From Nageia nagi (Eukaryota > Plantae > Pinophyta): a stretch of 64,000 nt of DNA. The DNA is taken from positions 156,798,001-156,862,000 of the forward strand of contig JBITNC010000001.1 in the NCBI GenBank assembly GCA_050084985.1, in the 5' to 3' direction. The notes beneath the pieces were generated by a model that was not told where the DNA came from, ran no database searches, and saw only the letters and a program-made list of their open reading frames with translations. This document shows positions 14,601 to 27,039 of the stretch, piece after piece. Each line of letters opens with the position of its first letter. The stretch's first letter is position 1. The position numbers and the translations under genes are program-made.

Positions 14601-15039
14601 TCAAATGCCTCAAACATGTCATAAATGCTCGTGCATGGGGTGTAGAGCCTCCCTAAGATGTGACGTGGGCCTCCAAGGGTGATGGGATGCCTCCAAGTCC
14701 AACGTTGGGGTCCTAAAGTCCCCCCATGTCATGCGTTGGGTTTCTAGGAGTCATACATGTGCCTAGATCCTATTTTCATATCCATACAAGGCCTTGGGAT
14801 TCCCACAATCAATTCTCGAGATCTCCAAGTGCATTAAATAACATTAAATCATGCTAGCCTATGCTTGGGAGGAAGACGTCCCACTTGGGGTTCACAATGG
14901 GATCCAACAGACCTTTATTATTTCTATCTTAAGTACTAACAACAAATGCATAAATAAATAAATATTTAAAGGGGGAATCCTTAGGATTCCATAATTAATT
15001 ATATTTTACAAAAGAGGGTGTTACATTTGGGACATTACA
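11619..15039 (-). mobile_element. Element C: non-autonomous gag-protease LTR element, 3'-truncated, PBS region deleted
   Basis: LTR ~13955-15039 ending GGGACATTACA; gag 13000-13905 (FALLNFEGDALEW); zinc-knuckle relic ~12900-12960; protease ~12440-12750; 30/60-bp array 11740-12280. Confidence 0.8.
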
Positions 15040-15278
15040 GAATTCAACATTTATGTTTTATAACTTGGCTGAGAGAACCATACTCATGTTTACAAGGGCA
15101 AAATAGGCAACCCCATTGTTTTTAGAGAAGGTGTGTGTCCCCATCAATTGCAAGTTCAAGGTGCTCTTAGAACCACATTGATTTTAGATGATAAATTGCC
15201 TCCTGCACATGGACACTAATTGACAAACTTGTGGGCTTCATGCAGATTATGCAAGTTTTGTTGATGGAAAGATCTTTA

Positions 15279-15281
<3 letters not shown>

Positions 15282-15343
<62 letters not shown>
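15282..15343. repeat. (AT)n microsatellite, ~31 units
   Basis: Directly visible. Confidence 0.97.
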
Positions 15344-15346
<3 letters not shown>

Positions 15347-15530
15347 AGTTACGTCATCTTAGAGTATACTATAAATTCATAACATGACTACTAAAGTTGT
15401 ACAATACAATGTTAAAAGAATATCCTATAAAACTGGCTTATACTCTTGATAATGTTCAATATGTTTTGAAACAATAGAATAACTATTCAAAAAGAATAAT
15501 TGCACTATTCTTGTCCATATGGAAATTCAC

Positions 15531-15725
15531 CTCTCGAGGAAAGTGATGGTATGTTCGTTGAGGAAGATACGTGTAATATGGAGGCAAATGTGGCACTATA
15601 TCATGATCATGCGTAACACGTATAGTTTTTGGAACAAACATGCTGTAGTAATCTGCAAATATTTTATTTCCAATACGCGGTTGTCCAAAAGTCACAACTT
15701 GAACATCCCTTGCTCCATAATTTAC
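15531..15725 (-). CDS. Class-3 lipase exon with catalytic Asp: VNYGARDVQVVTFGQPRIGN...HDIVPHLPP...YHHFPRE
   Basis: 195 nt with canonical AG/GT borders. Contains TFGQPRxGN and DIVPHLPP. The exon carrying the catalytic His was not found in the window. Confidence 0.96.
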
Positions 15726-16252
15726 CTGTCACATGGTTAAAATTCAATAGCTTTAGCCATTTATGGAAAAAGATTAGAAAGCAATATACAAATGGATGAC
15801 AAAAGCACAAAACAAGATAAACAAGGGATGGACAGAAAATTTGGCAGAAATATATGTTGTTATTTTTTTACACAGAAACCTAGCATTAATTATTACTGTC
15901 ATTATCTTGAATGAATAGCCAACGCAAACAATGAATTTGGATTTTCACAACTATTCAGCTCAACTCAAACTATGGATTGGTCAGATGAATCCTTTTCAAA
16001 ACCAAAACTAAAATCAATGTATTTTTGTGGGAACATATTTTTAGTAGTTCATAGCTTCCAAGTTATATTGCAGAAACTACCTCATATGCTGGATTATTAG
16101 TGTCGCTACCAAAGTTTGACTTTGAACAAGAAAGAAGTAGGTAACATTATACGAACATAAAATAGATTGTAGTTATCAAGCACAATGTTTTCGTGTTCAT
16201 TGGGTTAAAAGCATCTCATTATAATGTAGAGGGCAACATTCTAGCACATTAC

Positions 16253-16414
16253 CATAAGATCAAGTGCACAGAATGAAGCCATAGCTCCACCCATTGAGTG
16301 CCCAGTGACCATAATGGATAAAGGAACATCCCTTTCCTGGATTCTTTGAACTGCTTCTACAATCCGTGGTCTTAATATCGTATTATGATAGGCAGAGTAA
16401 AATCCATGATGTAC
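16253..16414 (-). CDS. Class-3 lipase exon with catalytic Ser: VHHGFYSAYH...TGHSMGGAMASFCALDL
   Basis: 162 nt with canonical AG/GT borders. Contains VHxGF and the GHSMG nucleophile elbow. Confidence 0.96.
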
Positions 16415-16522
16415 CTGCAATGGAAAAACATCACTGTAACTGTATTCCTGTATTTGTAATGAGTTATAATTGTAAAAGAGCAGTATAAATTTATAATGCC
16501 CAGGCAACTAACTGCAACCCAC

Positions 16523-16595
16523 CATTGAACCTGACATGCCAGGGTAATTAAGATCAAGCTGCTTGAAAAATAAATCCTCCACCCAATTCCGAATG
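16523..16595 (-). CDS. Class-3 lipase exon: (S)IRNWVEDLFFKQLDLNYPGMSGSM
   Basis: 73 nt, aaacAG|C ATT...ATG|GTgg. Contains the lid-region motif NW.EDL. Phase is compatible across a 22,039-bp intron. Confidence 0.93.
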
Positions 16596-18319
16596 CTGTT
16601 TCAATGACCAGATGCAGTTTCCATGTTAGTATGGTAACAACTCATAGAGAACTCCAACAAATTAAACATAAGCACCTAAGACTTTATATACAATATAAGC
16701 AATATACTAGCTCACAGCATGAAACACAAAGAAGGTTATTATTTATTCAGATAAAATTTGTTATGATTGAATGCCGAATAAAGTGATTTCGTCACAGTAA
16801 GGAAAACCCAAATTAAGAAACATGTTAAGTTCTATATTTGAATAAATGTTCCAAAACCATGGGAAAATCAGGACTATAGAAGTATAGAACAGTAGATTAA
16901 TGGTTTATATTGTATTTACCCTCCTTCGTGGGATCCAAAGTGATAGTGTTTATTGGGGTTATTTGATGAATAACGATCTACCCTTGTAATATACAGAAAT
17001 CTTAATATTAGATGAATATATCTCAATAGTATTTTGTATCATTGGCATCTGAATGCTGAAGGAAAGGAGCAGATTTTCAGAAGATTTTGTAGAGGCAGTA
17101 CAAGGTTTCGTATCTCTAGAAGGATAGAGAACAACGATAAAGGTGTCTTGATGCAAACATACAGGTGAGAATGTGCAAGCCTGACGAGGAGTCTACAGAG
17201 AACTGGGCAACTAACAGACGAAGCCCATATAAAGAATTAGAAGAAGTTTTCATCAGTGAAATCAATCTTTGAGAAGGGTGACATTCAAAATCCAAAAACA
17301 TCAACTGCCTTCCCTTAGTCTTTATCTATAGTTCTATCAATTACTTAATTCACTTTCCTAAAGCCTAGCCTACCACCATTTACTTTACCTTTGTTTAGTA
17401 TAGAGAGCCCTTTGGTTCTTAATGATTATAGTAACCCATTCTCATTTTCAATACCTATTTTGACTGTCTTCCCTTACATGAGAGAACTTCACCAATTAGG
17501 AATTTCAAAAAAAAAACAAATTCTGCTCAATTAGTTATTTGCCATTTTTCCTGTACCCACAAAATTTCATCAGTCATCCTGTAACTTAATCCATCATTCC
17601 ATGTTCTGATGATCATTTATGAGTAAAAATGTTTTAAATCCTTCTATATGGTAGAAGATTCACAATGCATACGGTTCCTATTTTTCCCATCTAGATGTCC
17701 CAAAAGAAACAGGTCGGTTGACAACTGATTATCTTCTTTCTAACAGACTGAATTTTTTGATATCTGAAGCAAGGTGTCATGCAACAAATATTCAAATGGA
17801 AAGAGAAAGAGTCTCATGCAAAAATGATTAAAAAGCGAAAAAGAATAACTGTTTGAAGCAGATGTCAACTTCAATCTGCCACACAAACCAGGGAAAAAGA
17901 AAAGAAAATAAAAGAGCATGCCATCCTATTATATCTAGTGGAACTCCTTCAGCATAATCAACAAAAGAATAGCAAAGACATGATAAGTGCCTGATGAAAG
18001 CACTCTCCATTTATATGCACAAACCTCATACGATGGGCATATGAGAAAAAAGAGTGAATTTCTATGCAGTCTTTTGGGCACTAAAGCTGAAGTTCTGATT
18101 TCTTTAACAAATATAGTGAAAGATTTCTGATATAAAAGAGGCAAACAACAAGTTTATAGTCTCAAACAGTCATGCTACCATCATTATTTTAAATTGATAT
18201 CATGATGTTCTCAGATCTGTCCATATAAGTAATATAATACGCATTTCTGAAAAAGGGTAACACTTTTGAGTTGATCTTCTTATATTTATTCAATGCATGT
18301 AATGCACATCAATGATTGT

Positions 18320-19783
18320 ACATAACTACGGGTCCCTTTTGACCTAACTAAACTACCCAGATATATGAGCCATATGTTGAACATACATCATCCCAAATAC
18401 TATATGACATAATAAATCTCCCACATATAACACAATATTCAAACATGAGTTTCCCATGTAAAATATTATGCATATACTCCTACTACCAGCCGTAATCCAG
18501 AGTCCCCTCCTTTATTACCCTAACATTCTACCCTTCTACAAACAATCTGACCTAGAACCCTTGCTAAAATTTATTAACACACTTCTTTGAACATTCTAAC
18601 CCATTGATAGGCTTGAGCATCCATCTAATCTATTAAGTCTTCATGGACATTGCTACTTGTTGTTCATGTGGTCCATCGCTTGTGATTTTTGGATGCCATT
18701 GAAATGAACCAGCTTATAAAACAACTAGAAATTTAGGGTTTTATCAGAATAAATTCAGACATCTCAAATAAGATTCAGAATTGCAGATTTATGTAGAAAA
18801 TGAGACCAGAAACCCTAAAACTGGGTAGATCTTAACCACAGAATTTTTATAAATTTTTTCTGCATATAGAAATGCAAAGTGCAGCAAAAAGGGTATCCAA
18901 AACACACTTTAAATTTGCAAATGAAGTTACCCAAAACTGGGCAACCCTCTCTTAGGGATGCTTTCAAATCTTAACATGCACAAACTGCCAAATTTTGGAC
19001 ATTCCTTCTTCAAATTCCTCAACTGGTTGATGTAGCAAACTAGGGTTCCAAATCCTTAGAATTTGATGCCAAAAAGGTGTCAAAACCCACACTTTTCAAC
19101 ACATGCAAGAACAACTGCAAAACATAGATGGATTTGCCTCTCCAATGGGTAGATAGCTCTAAGGTGTTACCCCTCTAGCCTCCAATGGATTAATTCCAAT
19201 GGGAACCTCAATAATCTCCTTCCTACATAATGCAAGTGCCAAAGAACCTACTAGCCACAACAATGTTCTCCCAAAAATCTAATATTCTCCAAAACTGCTT
19301 GCAAATGAAGCTCTAAATCCTTTTATAAATCATCTCAATGAGAAAATAAGTCCTAGCCATCGATCTTCACAAGAATGGAGGGTGGAGATTAAATCTCATC
19401 AAACCTTAAGTGATCTCAACGCACAAATATATCCCAGCCCTTGGATCTGATCTTGAAAGGATGAAGGGTGGAGATTAGATCTTCTATTTATTCATTGAGG
19501 TAGAAACCCTAAATTGACTTAAATGTGATTTTCGGATTTACACTTGTTGAGGTAATTAAATACACCTATACTTAATATTTAACATATGTCGACACACCAA
19601 ACTAACTATACCAATCCATACTAACATATAGACTTAGCAAATCTTGCTAAAAACACACTTATCAACCCATCTGACTCCTATTTTATTAATAAAAGATGAC
19701 AGAACACTCTAAATGATGCCCAAACACATACGAAACACAAAGAAACAATATTTACAATGCTGAATAATTTTTGGGACATTACA
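18320..19783 (-). mobile_element. Probable solo LTR
   Basis: Right end TTTTGGGACATTACA (minus strand TGTAATGTCCC) matches other LTR termini here. An internal TTTATA/ctaaatcc promoter-like block lies at ~19320. Left boundary and TSD not resolved. Confidence 0.5.
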
Positions 19784-19935
19784 ACCATACATATCTTGGA
19801 CTCTTGATATGCCAATTTAAAAAGTGCCCAAAGTTATTTCTCACCATGCACTTCATGTAGCCATAACCATAGCTGCATTAATGTTCAAATGATGTTTTAT
19901 GTACCCCTGGTTATTGCTCAATGGTTCTTTGGTCC

Positions 19936-20420
19936 AAAACTATTGCTTTTTGGATGTTGAGTGCTAGTATTACTCAAGTTCTATTAATGCTTTCCCTTAG
20001 TCTCCATATTTGTTGTCTCTCACTATGATGTGCATGTCATTGTTGATGTTTATAAAGGCATAGCCTCAACTTCTTCAACTTTCTTTTCCGATTTGAGTAG
20101 ATAAGTGTTAGAGCAACAATCCCTAATTGTGCATTCATTTCTTGCAACATCTAAAGTTCCATCCTAAATGTTTTACACTCTTCTTCAAGTTCCTGCTTAG
20201 ATTTTGGATACAGTGAAACACAAACAACATTTTCATTCTTCTCACTCTCTCTTTCATGTAGCAAAGCTTAATGAATTTCCTTCGTACTTTGAATCAATAG
20301 TTCTCAAACTATTGCTTCTTGGATGTTGAGTGCTAGTATAGCTCAAGTCTATTATTGCTTCCTCTTAGTCTCCATACTTGTTGTCTCTCACTATGATGTG
20401 CATGTCATTGTTGATGTTTA
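19936..20420. repeat. ~370-bp tandem duplication; the second copy is split by element D and resumes at 31699-31968
   Basis: Copy 1 spans ~19936-20305. Copy 2 spans 20306-20420 and continues after D (…taaagg.tagcct…agttcctgcttagatt…tctcaaact). Confidence 0.85.
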
Positions 20421-22009
20421 TGTAAGGGTCCAAAATGCAACTCAAGACAAAATCAGCAAATTTGATTACAATAATCCTAACGTCAAGCCTAGGGCATCAT
20501 TTACAAGCATATAATGTATAGAATTGCCAACGTCTAAGCTAGAGTTACAGGATTAAGCAATTACAACATCCATACACCAACATCTAGCATGCTACAATGA
20601 ATATCACATAACAATACCAACGTCTGGCTCATCCATGCACTAATAAGCAATGACAACCCAACGCATGCACAAGAGTGATATAAACAATACAAATATGAGA
20701 TCCAATGCCCTCTGGCTATACGAATGATATAGAATGATGGTGTATACAATACCAAGCCCTCAAGGGCTGATGTTGGCATCCAAAGAGCCAACTAGGGCAC
20801 AACAATATATCTTCTCACTACTGGAACAATCATGGAAAACCATAAGATAGTACACTCCCTCAGAATCTGATTCCCCTCCACCGAAGGAGTCCTCAAACCC
20901 TGGATAACCATTGAAGGTAGAAGCAATACCTCGGATGCCATCGAATGGGCAAGGGCACTACACCAATGCCATAGATAGACAACATCCCTCAACCTGAATG
21001 CCCTCCTAAGTGCTACACTTAGGGAGGTTGCTTAGCACCGCTAAGACTTGTTGTCCTCTAGACGGAATGTGTGTAATAATAATAATATGTATATCCAGTA
21101 ATGAGATTCTAGTGTCTATTTATACATTAGCTCTATCCGAATCTCACCTAAGAGTCATCACCTAGCTCCTCTAATCCAACGTTGGCCTCCTGGGGGCCCG
21201 GAATACCTAACGTGGGTGCCTAGGGGTTAGGCATCCCAACGTAGGGGGCCAAAGTGTATTAAGTGCCAACGATGAGTCCTAGGTGTGCCACACATGCCCA
21301 CGTGGGTCAAGGAGTCATGCGTGGGAGTCCTGGTGTCAAACTGGGCCAAAATGAGGGTGTCGGGGCCTCCCCAAGACTGGCATGAGTAAATAATGATCTG
21401 TCCATCATCTACATGCAGCTATAGACCTTGGGATTCCCACAATCGTTACTGGGATCTCCAAGTACATAATAAATGCCTAATCTATACTTAGGAGGGAGAC
21501 GTCCCACTTGGGGCTCACAGTGGGGTCCATTGATCCATTAAGTCTCCTATCCTAAGTTACAATTATGAAAGTGCAAATACATAAATAAAGTATATCACAA
21601 AGAGGAGTCTTTTGGACCCACTATCTGAACAAGGGGATGTCACAAAGCCTCCCCTCTCAAATTGCTTGCCCTCAAGCAATAGTAGAAGACTGCAGCATAT
21701 TGTCTTCCAAGAATCCTTTAGTCTTGGTAATTGAAACTCATGATGGTGGAATGCAACTTCAATATGCTTCATCCAGGATAGTGGTAGGAAATACATCGTT
21801 GAAGCTCCATGTCCATGTGTCAATGTAAATTACAAACACTCTAGTTTGTTGTAGTTGTCACTCCTCATCAACTGATCTATGGATGTCCCTCCATAACCAT
21901 GAAAGTGTGTGTATATCCAAGCAGAGGTGTCCCTACAAGAAACTTAAGAAAATCATGGTTAGTAGAAAAAAGTTGAGCCTTTGCTCCATGCATGAGGCAA
22001 GGTCTCCTC

Positions 22010-22500
22010 AGAACTCCACGTGGAATGTCTAGCTTCCTCAAGCTTCAATGTGAAACTCCCAATAGCTTGACATGACATGTCTAGTTCTCTAGATGTCCAA
22101 CATGGGCATCTCATCCATCCTGAACCTCAACATTAGGTGACCCTCTCTCCAAATGCCCAATGTGGGGTATCCAACCTCCCTAAAACTCAGTGTTGAGTAG
22201 CAATCCTCCCAAGTACACAACGTGGGGTGCCAAACTTCTATCTGGTCCAATGTGGAGTGCATATCCTTCCCCAGGTCCAATGTGAAAAACCAAGATTCCT
22301 TCAAGCTCAACGTCTAGTGGCAAACTCCCTTGATGTCCAACGTGGGGTGAGACCCCATTCCAAGGCCTAACGTGGGATGCGTGGCCCCATTATGACCCAA
22401 CGTGGCCCCTTCTAGCTCCCCGAGTTGTGACGTGGGGCACAAAAGTTCTTCAATGTCCCCCATCTCTTGTTGAAACTCTTCTTCTCCCAACGTGGTCCCA
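22010..22500. repeat. 30-bp-period CAACGTGGG array inside element D (equivalent arrays in B and C)
   Basis: Motif at 22098, 22128, 22158, 22218, 22248, 22278, 22308, 22338, 22368, 22398, 22428 and 22488. Confidence 0.85.
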
Positions 22501-24583
22501 TCATTTGCTTCCTCCTCATGTTGGCACCACTCAATCACCTCCAACCTCTTGTTGTCTACCTGCAGACAATCATCTTTAATCCCTTGCAGAGTGTGAGTCT
22601 TCCCATCAATTTTGAAACTCATTGTGAGTTTCTAATAGTTGGTGTGGATATCACCCAAATCAAAAAAGCCACTGCACACCTAAGATGATGTGAGGATGTC
22701 CCTTCAGAGGATATATATAGAAGTCTTCCCTCACCGTACAACTCTGCAATCTCACACCAAACCTCTCAACAATGTGATCCACCAACATGAGCTTCCCATT
22801 GGTGTCGGAAACCCTGAATCCCTCTAACCCCTTGGTCTTCAGGTTCTTCTTAGCAAAGCCTACATCAATGAAGTTGTGAGATGCTCCTGGATCAATTAAT
22901 ACCATCACATCCTATCCTCCAGCTTGTCCCACAATCTTCAACGTGAAATACTTCTTTACCCCATGTAGGGAAGCGATCATGCTCCCTAATGTGCCCTCAA
23001 CTGGAGGTGAGTCCTGATCTAGGGTGTCCATCCCAATCTCCAAATCTGAATTATCCGACTCATCTCTGAAAATACCTCTATGTAATGCACTTGTCCTTTT
23101 CGTTGACAACGGTGCCTTGGCTCCCATGTCTTCTTACAATAGAAGCACTTACCATCTTCTCGCAGCTTCCTCTGTGTGGCTACATCTAGCAGGTTTGTTC
23201 TAGGCGGGGAGAGAGATTTTGCCTTACTAGACCCTTCCCTATCAACAAACAAATTCCGAGTGACTAGCCCTCTATACATTTGTCCTTCCTTCAGGGATTT
23301 CACCATACGCTCAAGGTCTTAAGCTGCCTGGATTGCGTCATCAAGGCTCCTAGAAGTGGATACCTTAACCATCCCCAACAATGGCTCCATCAAACCCTCA
23401 ATGAAGAGGAATATCAATCTCTCCTCCGATATATGGTGGATCATGATGACAATCCTCTGAAGCTTTGTCACATAGTCGTCCACAGTCCCTAACTGCCTCA
23501 ACGATGTAAGATCCTGGAAGTAGTCGTTTTCCTTCTTCCTATCAAACCGCTTGACCAACCATCTAGCGAACTCATCAAAGGAAGTGATAAGGGAATACCC
23601 TTGGCTGATCACTCCATGCTGCCACCACTCCAAAGCATCTCCCTCGAAATGCAATGATGCGAAATGAATCGCATCCTCCTACACCATGTTTGGGCTTAGA
23701 GTGAAGTAGGTTTGCAATTGTTATAACCATGCCCTAGCCATCACCTTCTTTCCATCAAACATTTGTTCCTGCATCTTACTGATCTTATGCTACAAGTCCC
23801 TCTTGTCATCCCCCAAACTGCTGAAATTGCGTGGGCCATGTGAATTGCTTCCCTTTAACCCTAAGATCTCCACGTAGCCGTTGAAATTCATATCTCTCCT
23901 CAACCCAGGATCCAACATGGAATATTTTTTGAAGATTTGATTCAAATCCAAAGGGCCAGGAACTCTACTCCTCGTCACCTCCACATATTTCTGCGCAAAC
24001 ATGGCTTGTACAATTTTAGATTAACTGGCTGCTCTTCAATCCTACCAACGTCCTCCTCCAGGTTACTCCCTAGGAGAGGGTTTGTACCCTGGGGTGCTCA
24101 GTGTGAGTGGAACCTAAAGAATGTGGCCTCTGGATGTCCCATCGACTCATGGTGGGTTGACTCTCGATGCCTCAAACTCCGAGATCTCCTCATGCTTGGC
24201 TCCCTATCTACCCAATCCTCTTCATATGGCTCCTCTTTGTAATCTCTGGTATGATGTGGGGCCTCTTTGTCACCCCTGGTGTGATGTGGGGTCTCCCTCT
24301 CATCCCGGGTGTAACGTGGTGCCTCCAGATCATCCCTGACATGACATGGGGGGGTATGCTGCCCCTCAAGCTCCTCACGGGCACCAAAATGACTGTCCAT
24401 CTACTGTTGCATGGATGTCATAGCTCCGATCATACTGTGGATAGCCGAAATGATCTCGTCAAACTTCCGTTCAAGAGTGGATCCTCGAGCCAAAGTTGAG
24501 CTCCTCCTCCTAGCGGCTATTTGTCTCTCTCCCTGCACCTCCTCTTCATCTTTGAATGCTCTCCCATCCAGCAATTCATTCAT
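22314..24583 (-). pseudogene. Element D gag-protease remnant
   Basis: ORF pieces 24401-24583, 24098-24400, 23790-24002, 23319-23654, 23019-23306, 22660-22908 and 22314-22622, with several stops and frameshifts. Confidence 0.85.
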
Positions 24584-25952
24584 CCATGGTCATCTATCCT
24601 CATCATGGACGATTCTTTAAAGCGCCTCTTCTGTGTGTGACCTTCTGCTTTTCCTAGCGAATGCCATCTCTCTCTGAGTATTGGACTGGTGTAGTAGCGA
24701 TGTATTGCAGGTCTCATGCATAGGTTGGCCAAATCCAAGCTTTGATACCACTATAAGGGTCCAAAATGCAACTCAAGGAAAAATCAGCAAATTCGATTAC
24801 AATAATCTTGACATTAGACCTAAGGCATCATTTACAAGCATACAATGTATAGAATTGCCAACATCTAAGCTAGGGTTACAAGATTAAGCAATTACAACAT
24901 CCATACACCAACATCTAGCATGCTACAATGAATATCACATAACAATACCAACATTTGGCTCATCCATGCATAAATAAGCAATGACAGCCCAACGCATGCA
25001 CAAGAGTGATGTAAACAATACAAATAAGAGATCCAATGCCCTCTGGCTATACGAATGATATAAAATGATGGTGTATACAATACCAAGCCCTGAAGGGTTG
25101 ACGTTGGCCTCCAAGGAGCCAACCAGGGCACAACAATATATCTCCCATCATTTGAACAATCCTAAAACCATGGGACAGTACGCTCCCTTGGAATCCGATT
25201 TCCCTCCACCGAAGGATTCCTCCTCAAACCCTGGATAACCACGAAAGGTAGAAGCAATACCTCGAATGCCACTAGATGGACAAGGGGGTTGTGCCAATGT
25301 CGTAGACAAACAGGATCCCTCAGCCTAAATGCCTCCGAAGTGTTGCACTTAGGGAGATTGCTTAGCACCGCTAAGACTTCTTGTCCTCTAGATGGAATGT
25401 GCGTAATGATAATAATCTGTATATCCAATAATGAGACTCCAATTTCTATTTATACATTAGCTCTGTCCAAATCTCACCCAGGAGTCATCACCTTGCTCCT
25501 CTAATCCAACGTTGGCCTGCTGGGGGGCTGAAATACCTAACATAGGTGCCTAGGGGTTAGGCATGCCAACATAGAGGGGCAAAGTGCATTAAGTGCCAAC
25601 ATTGAGTCCTAGGTGTGCCACGCATGGCCACATGGGTCAAGGATTCATGTGACGTGTTGTACCCTACACAACTCGACCCTAAATTTGCAATTTTGGGCGA
25701 CCCTCGACAATTTGGAACCGATAAACATCCAATCAAAACTACCTCCCCTCACCTCCAATAAATCCGAAAATCGAGCCTATCACCCTATCATCAAAGTGTA
25801 ATCACCCACCCAATTTCAATCATGTCGCATTAAAAAGTAAAACCCTCAAAAATTGACTAAGTCTGGAAAAGTGTAAATCAGGTCTAGGCGAAGTTGGGAA
25901 GTCCAAGTCAAGTTTGAACCAAGATGAACGAATCCAAGCTACTCTCAGAGCT

Positions 25953-26662
25953 GGCGCATGCTCCAAGAAGACAAAATCTTGTCTTTCTGGGATGTGCGCC
26001 TGGGCCAGAAGTATGGCTGGTTCTGAAGCTAAGTTCGAAAACTAAAGCTGGGCCACTCTTAGACCCAGCGCATGCCATGAAAAGACAAAGTTTTGTCTTT
26101 CTGAGGCATGCACCAGAATTAGGAAGATCCCTCGGACGAAATAAGGCTCGGAAAAAGACAAGTCAATACATGACAAGGCTATCGCATGCCTCAAAAAGAC
26201 AAAACTTTGTCTTTTGGGAGCATGCGCCAAGCCTAGGAAGGCACCCGTATGGAGTAAGTATGGAAAAATGACTAAGTCTAGGGAGTACGAGACCAAAAAA
26301 GACAAATTTGGTCATTTACAACCCAACGCATGTCACAAGAAGACAAGATCATGACTTTTGGGAGCATGTGACCAGACTGGAGGAACCGGAGAAGTTGGAG
26401 GGAGTTTCAAAAAAGACAAGATCTTGTCTTTTGAAACCATGCGCCAGGTTTGGAACGGACCCTAGGTCAAGTCAGGATGGAAAAATGAGCAAGTTGAACC
26501 CCAGAGAAGCGACAATTGAGCAAGATCAAGCACCAAGACGAAGCTCCAGGATCAAGTTGGATGAGCAAGAACACAAGGAGGGCCAACGTTGGGAAGGCAT
26601 TCACCCCAGGGGCTAGTGCATGCTCCAGGAAGACAAAATATTGTCTTTTCTGGGCATGTGCC
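25953..26662. repeat. Array of ~46-bp palindromes (GCATGC..AAAAGACAA.AT.TTGTCTTTT..GCATGC) separated by non-identical spacers
   Basis: Copies at ~25953, 26067, 26183, 26327, 26405 and 26617, plus a partial copy at ~26292. Confidence 0.88.
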
Positions 26663-26819
26663 AAGCCAAGAGACACTCCAAAATCCCCAAGTTTGGTTCT
26701 TGACCGCCAGGAATAAGGTTTCACAATGGCACACATCTCGAGGTCGGCCACCTAGAAGGCTGAGATGTATTTTCCTCCAAAACCTACCCGACTAGGGTTC
26801 CCAAAATGTCCACATCAGC

Positions 26820-26826
26820 TATAAAT
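26820..26826 (+). promoter_or_regulatory. TATA box upstream of the E internal ORF
   Basis: TATAAAT followed ~15 nt later by CTCATTTT; conserved in F at 54751. The ATG is 220 nt downstream. Confidence 0.6.
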
Positions 26827-27039
26827 ACCAACTTGGGGACCTCATTTTCCCAAATTCAAATCGCGGCACTCTTCTACATTTGCACTAAAATTGCAGATTT
26901 TTGAGTTTTAAATCTGCCTGTTTGCTTGGGGAGGCTTGCGTAAGGGATTTAGGAGGCTAGGAGGAGGACGAGGAGGTCACAAGTTTGCCAGGAGAACACC
27001 ACATCACCCCGGAAGACCCTCGCCACTCGTCAAGGCACC

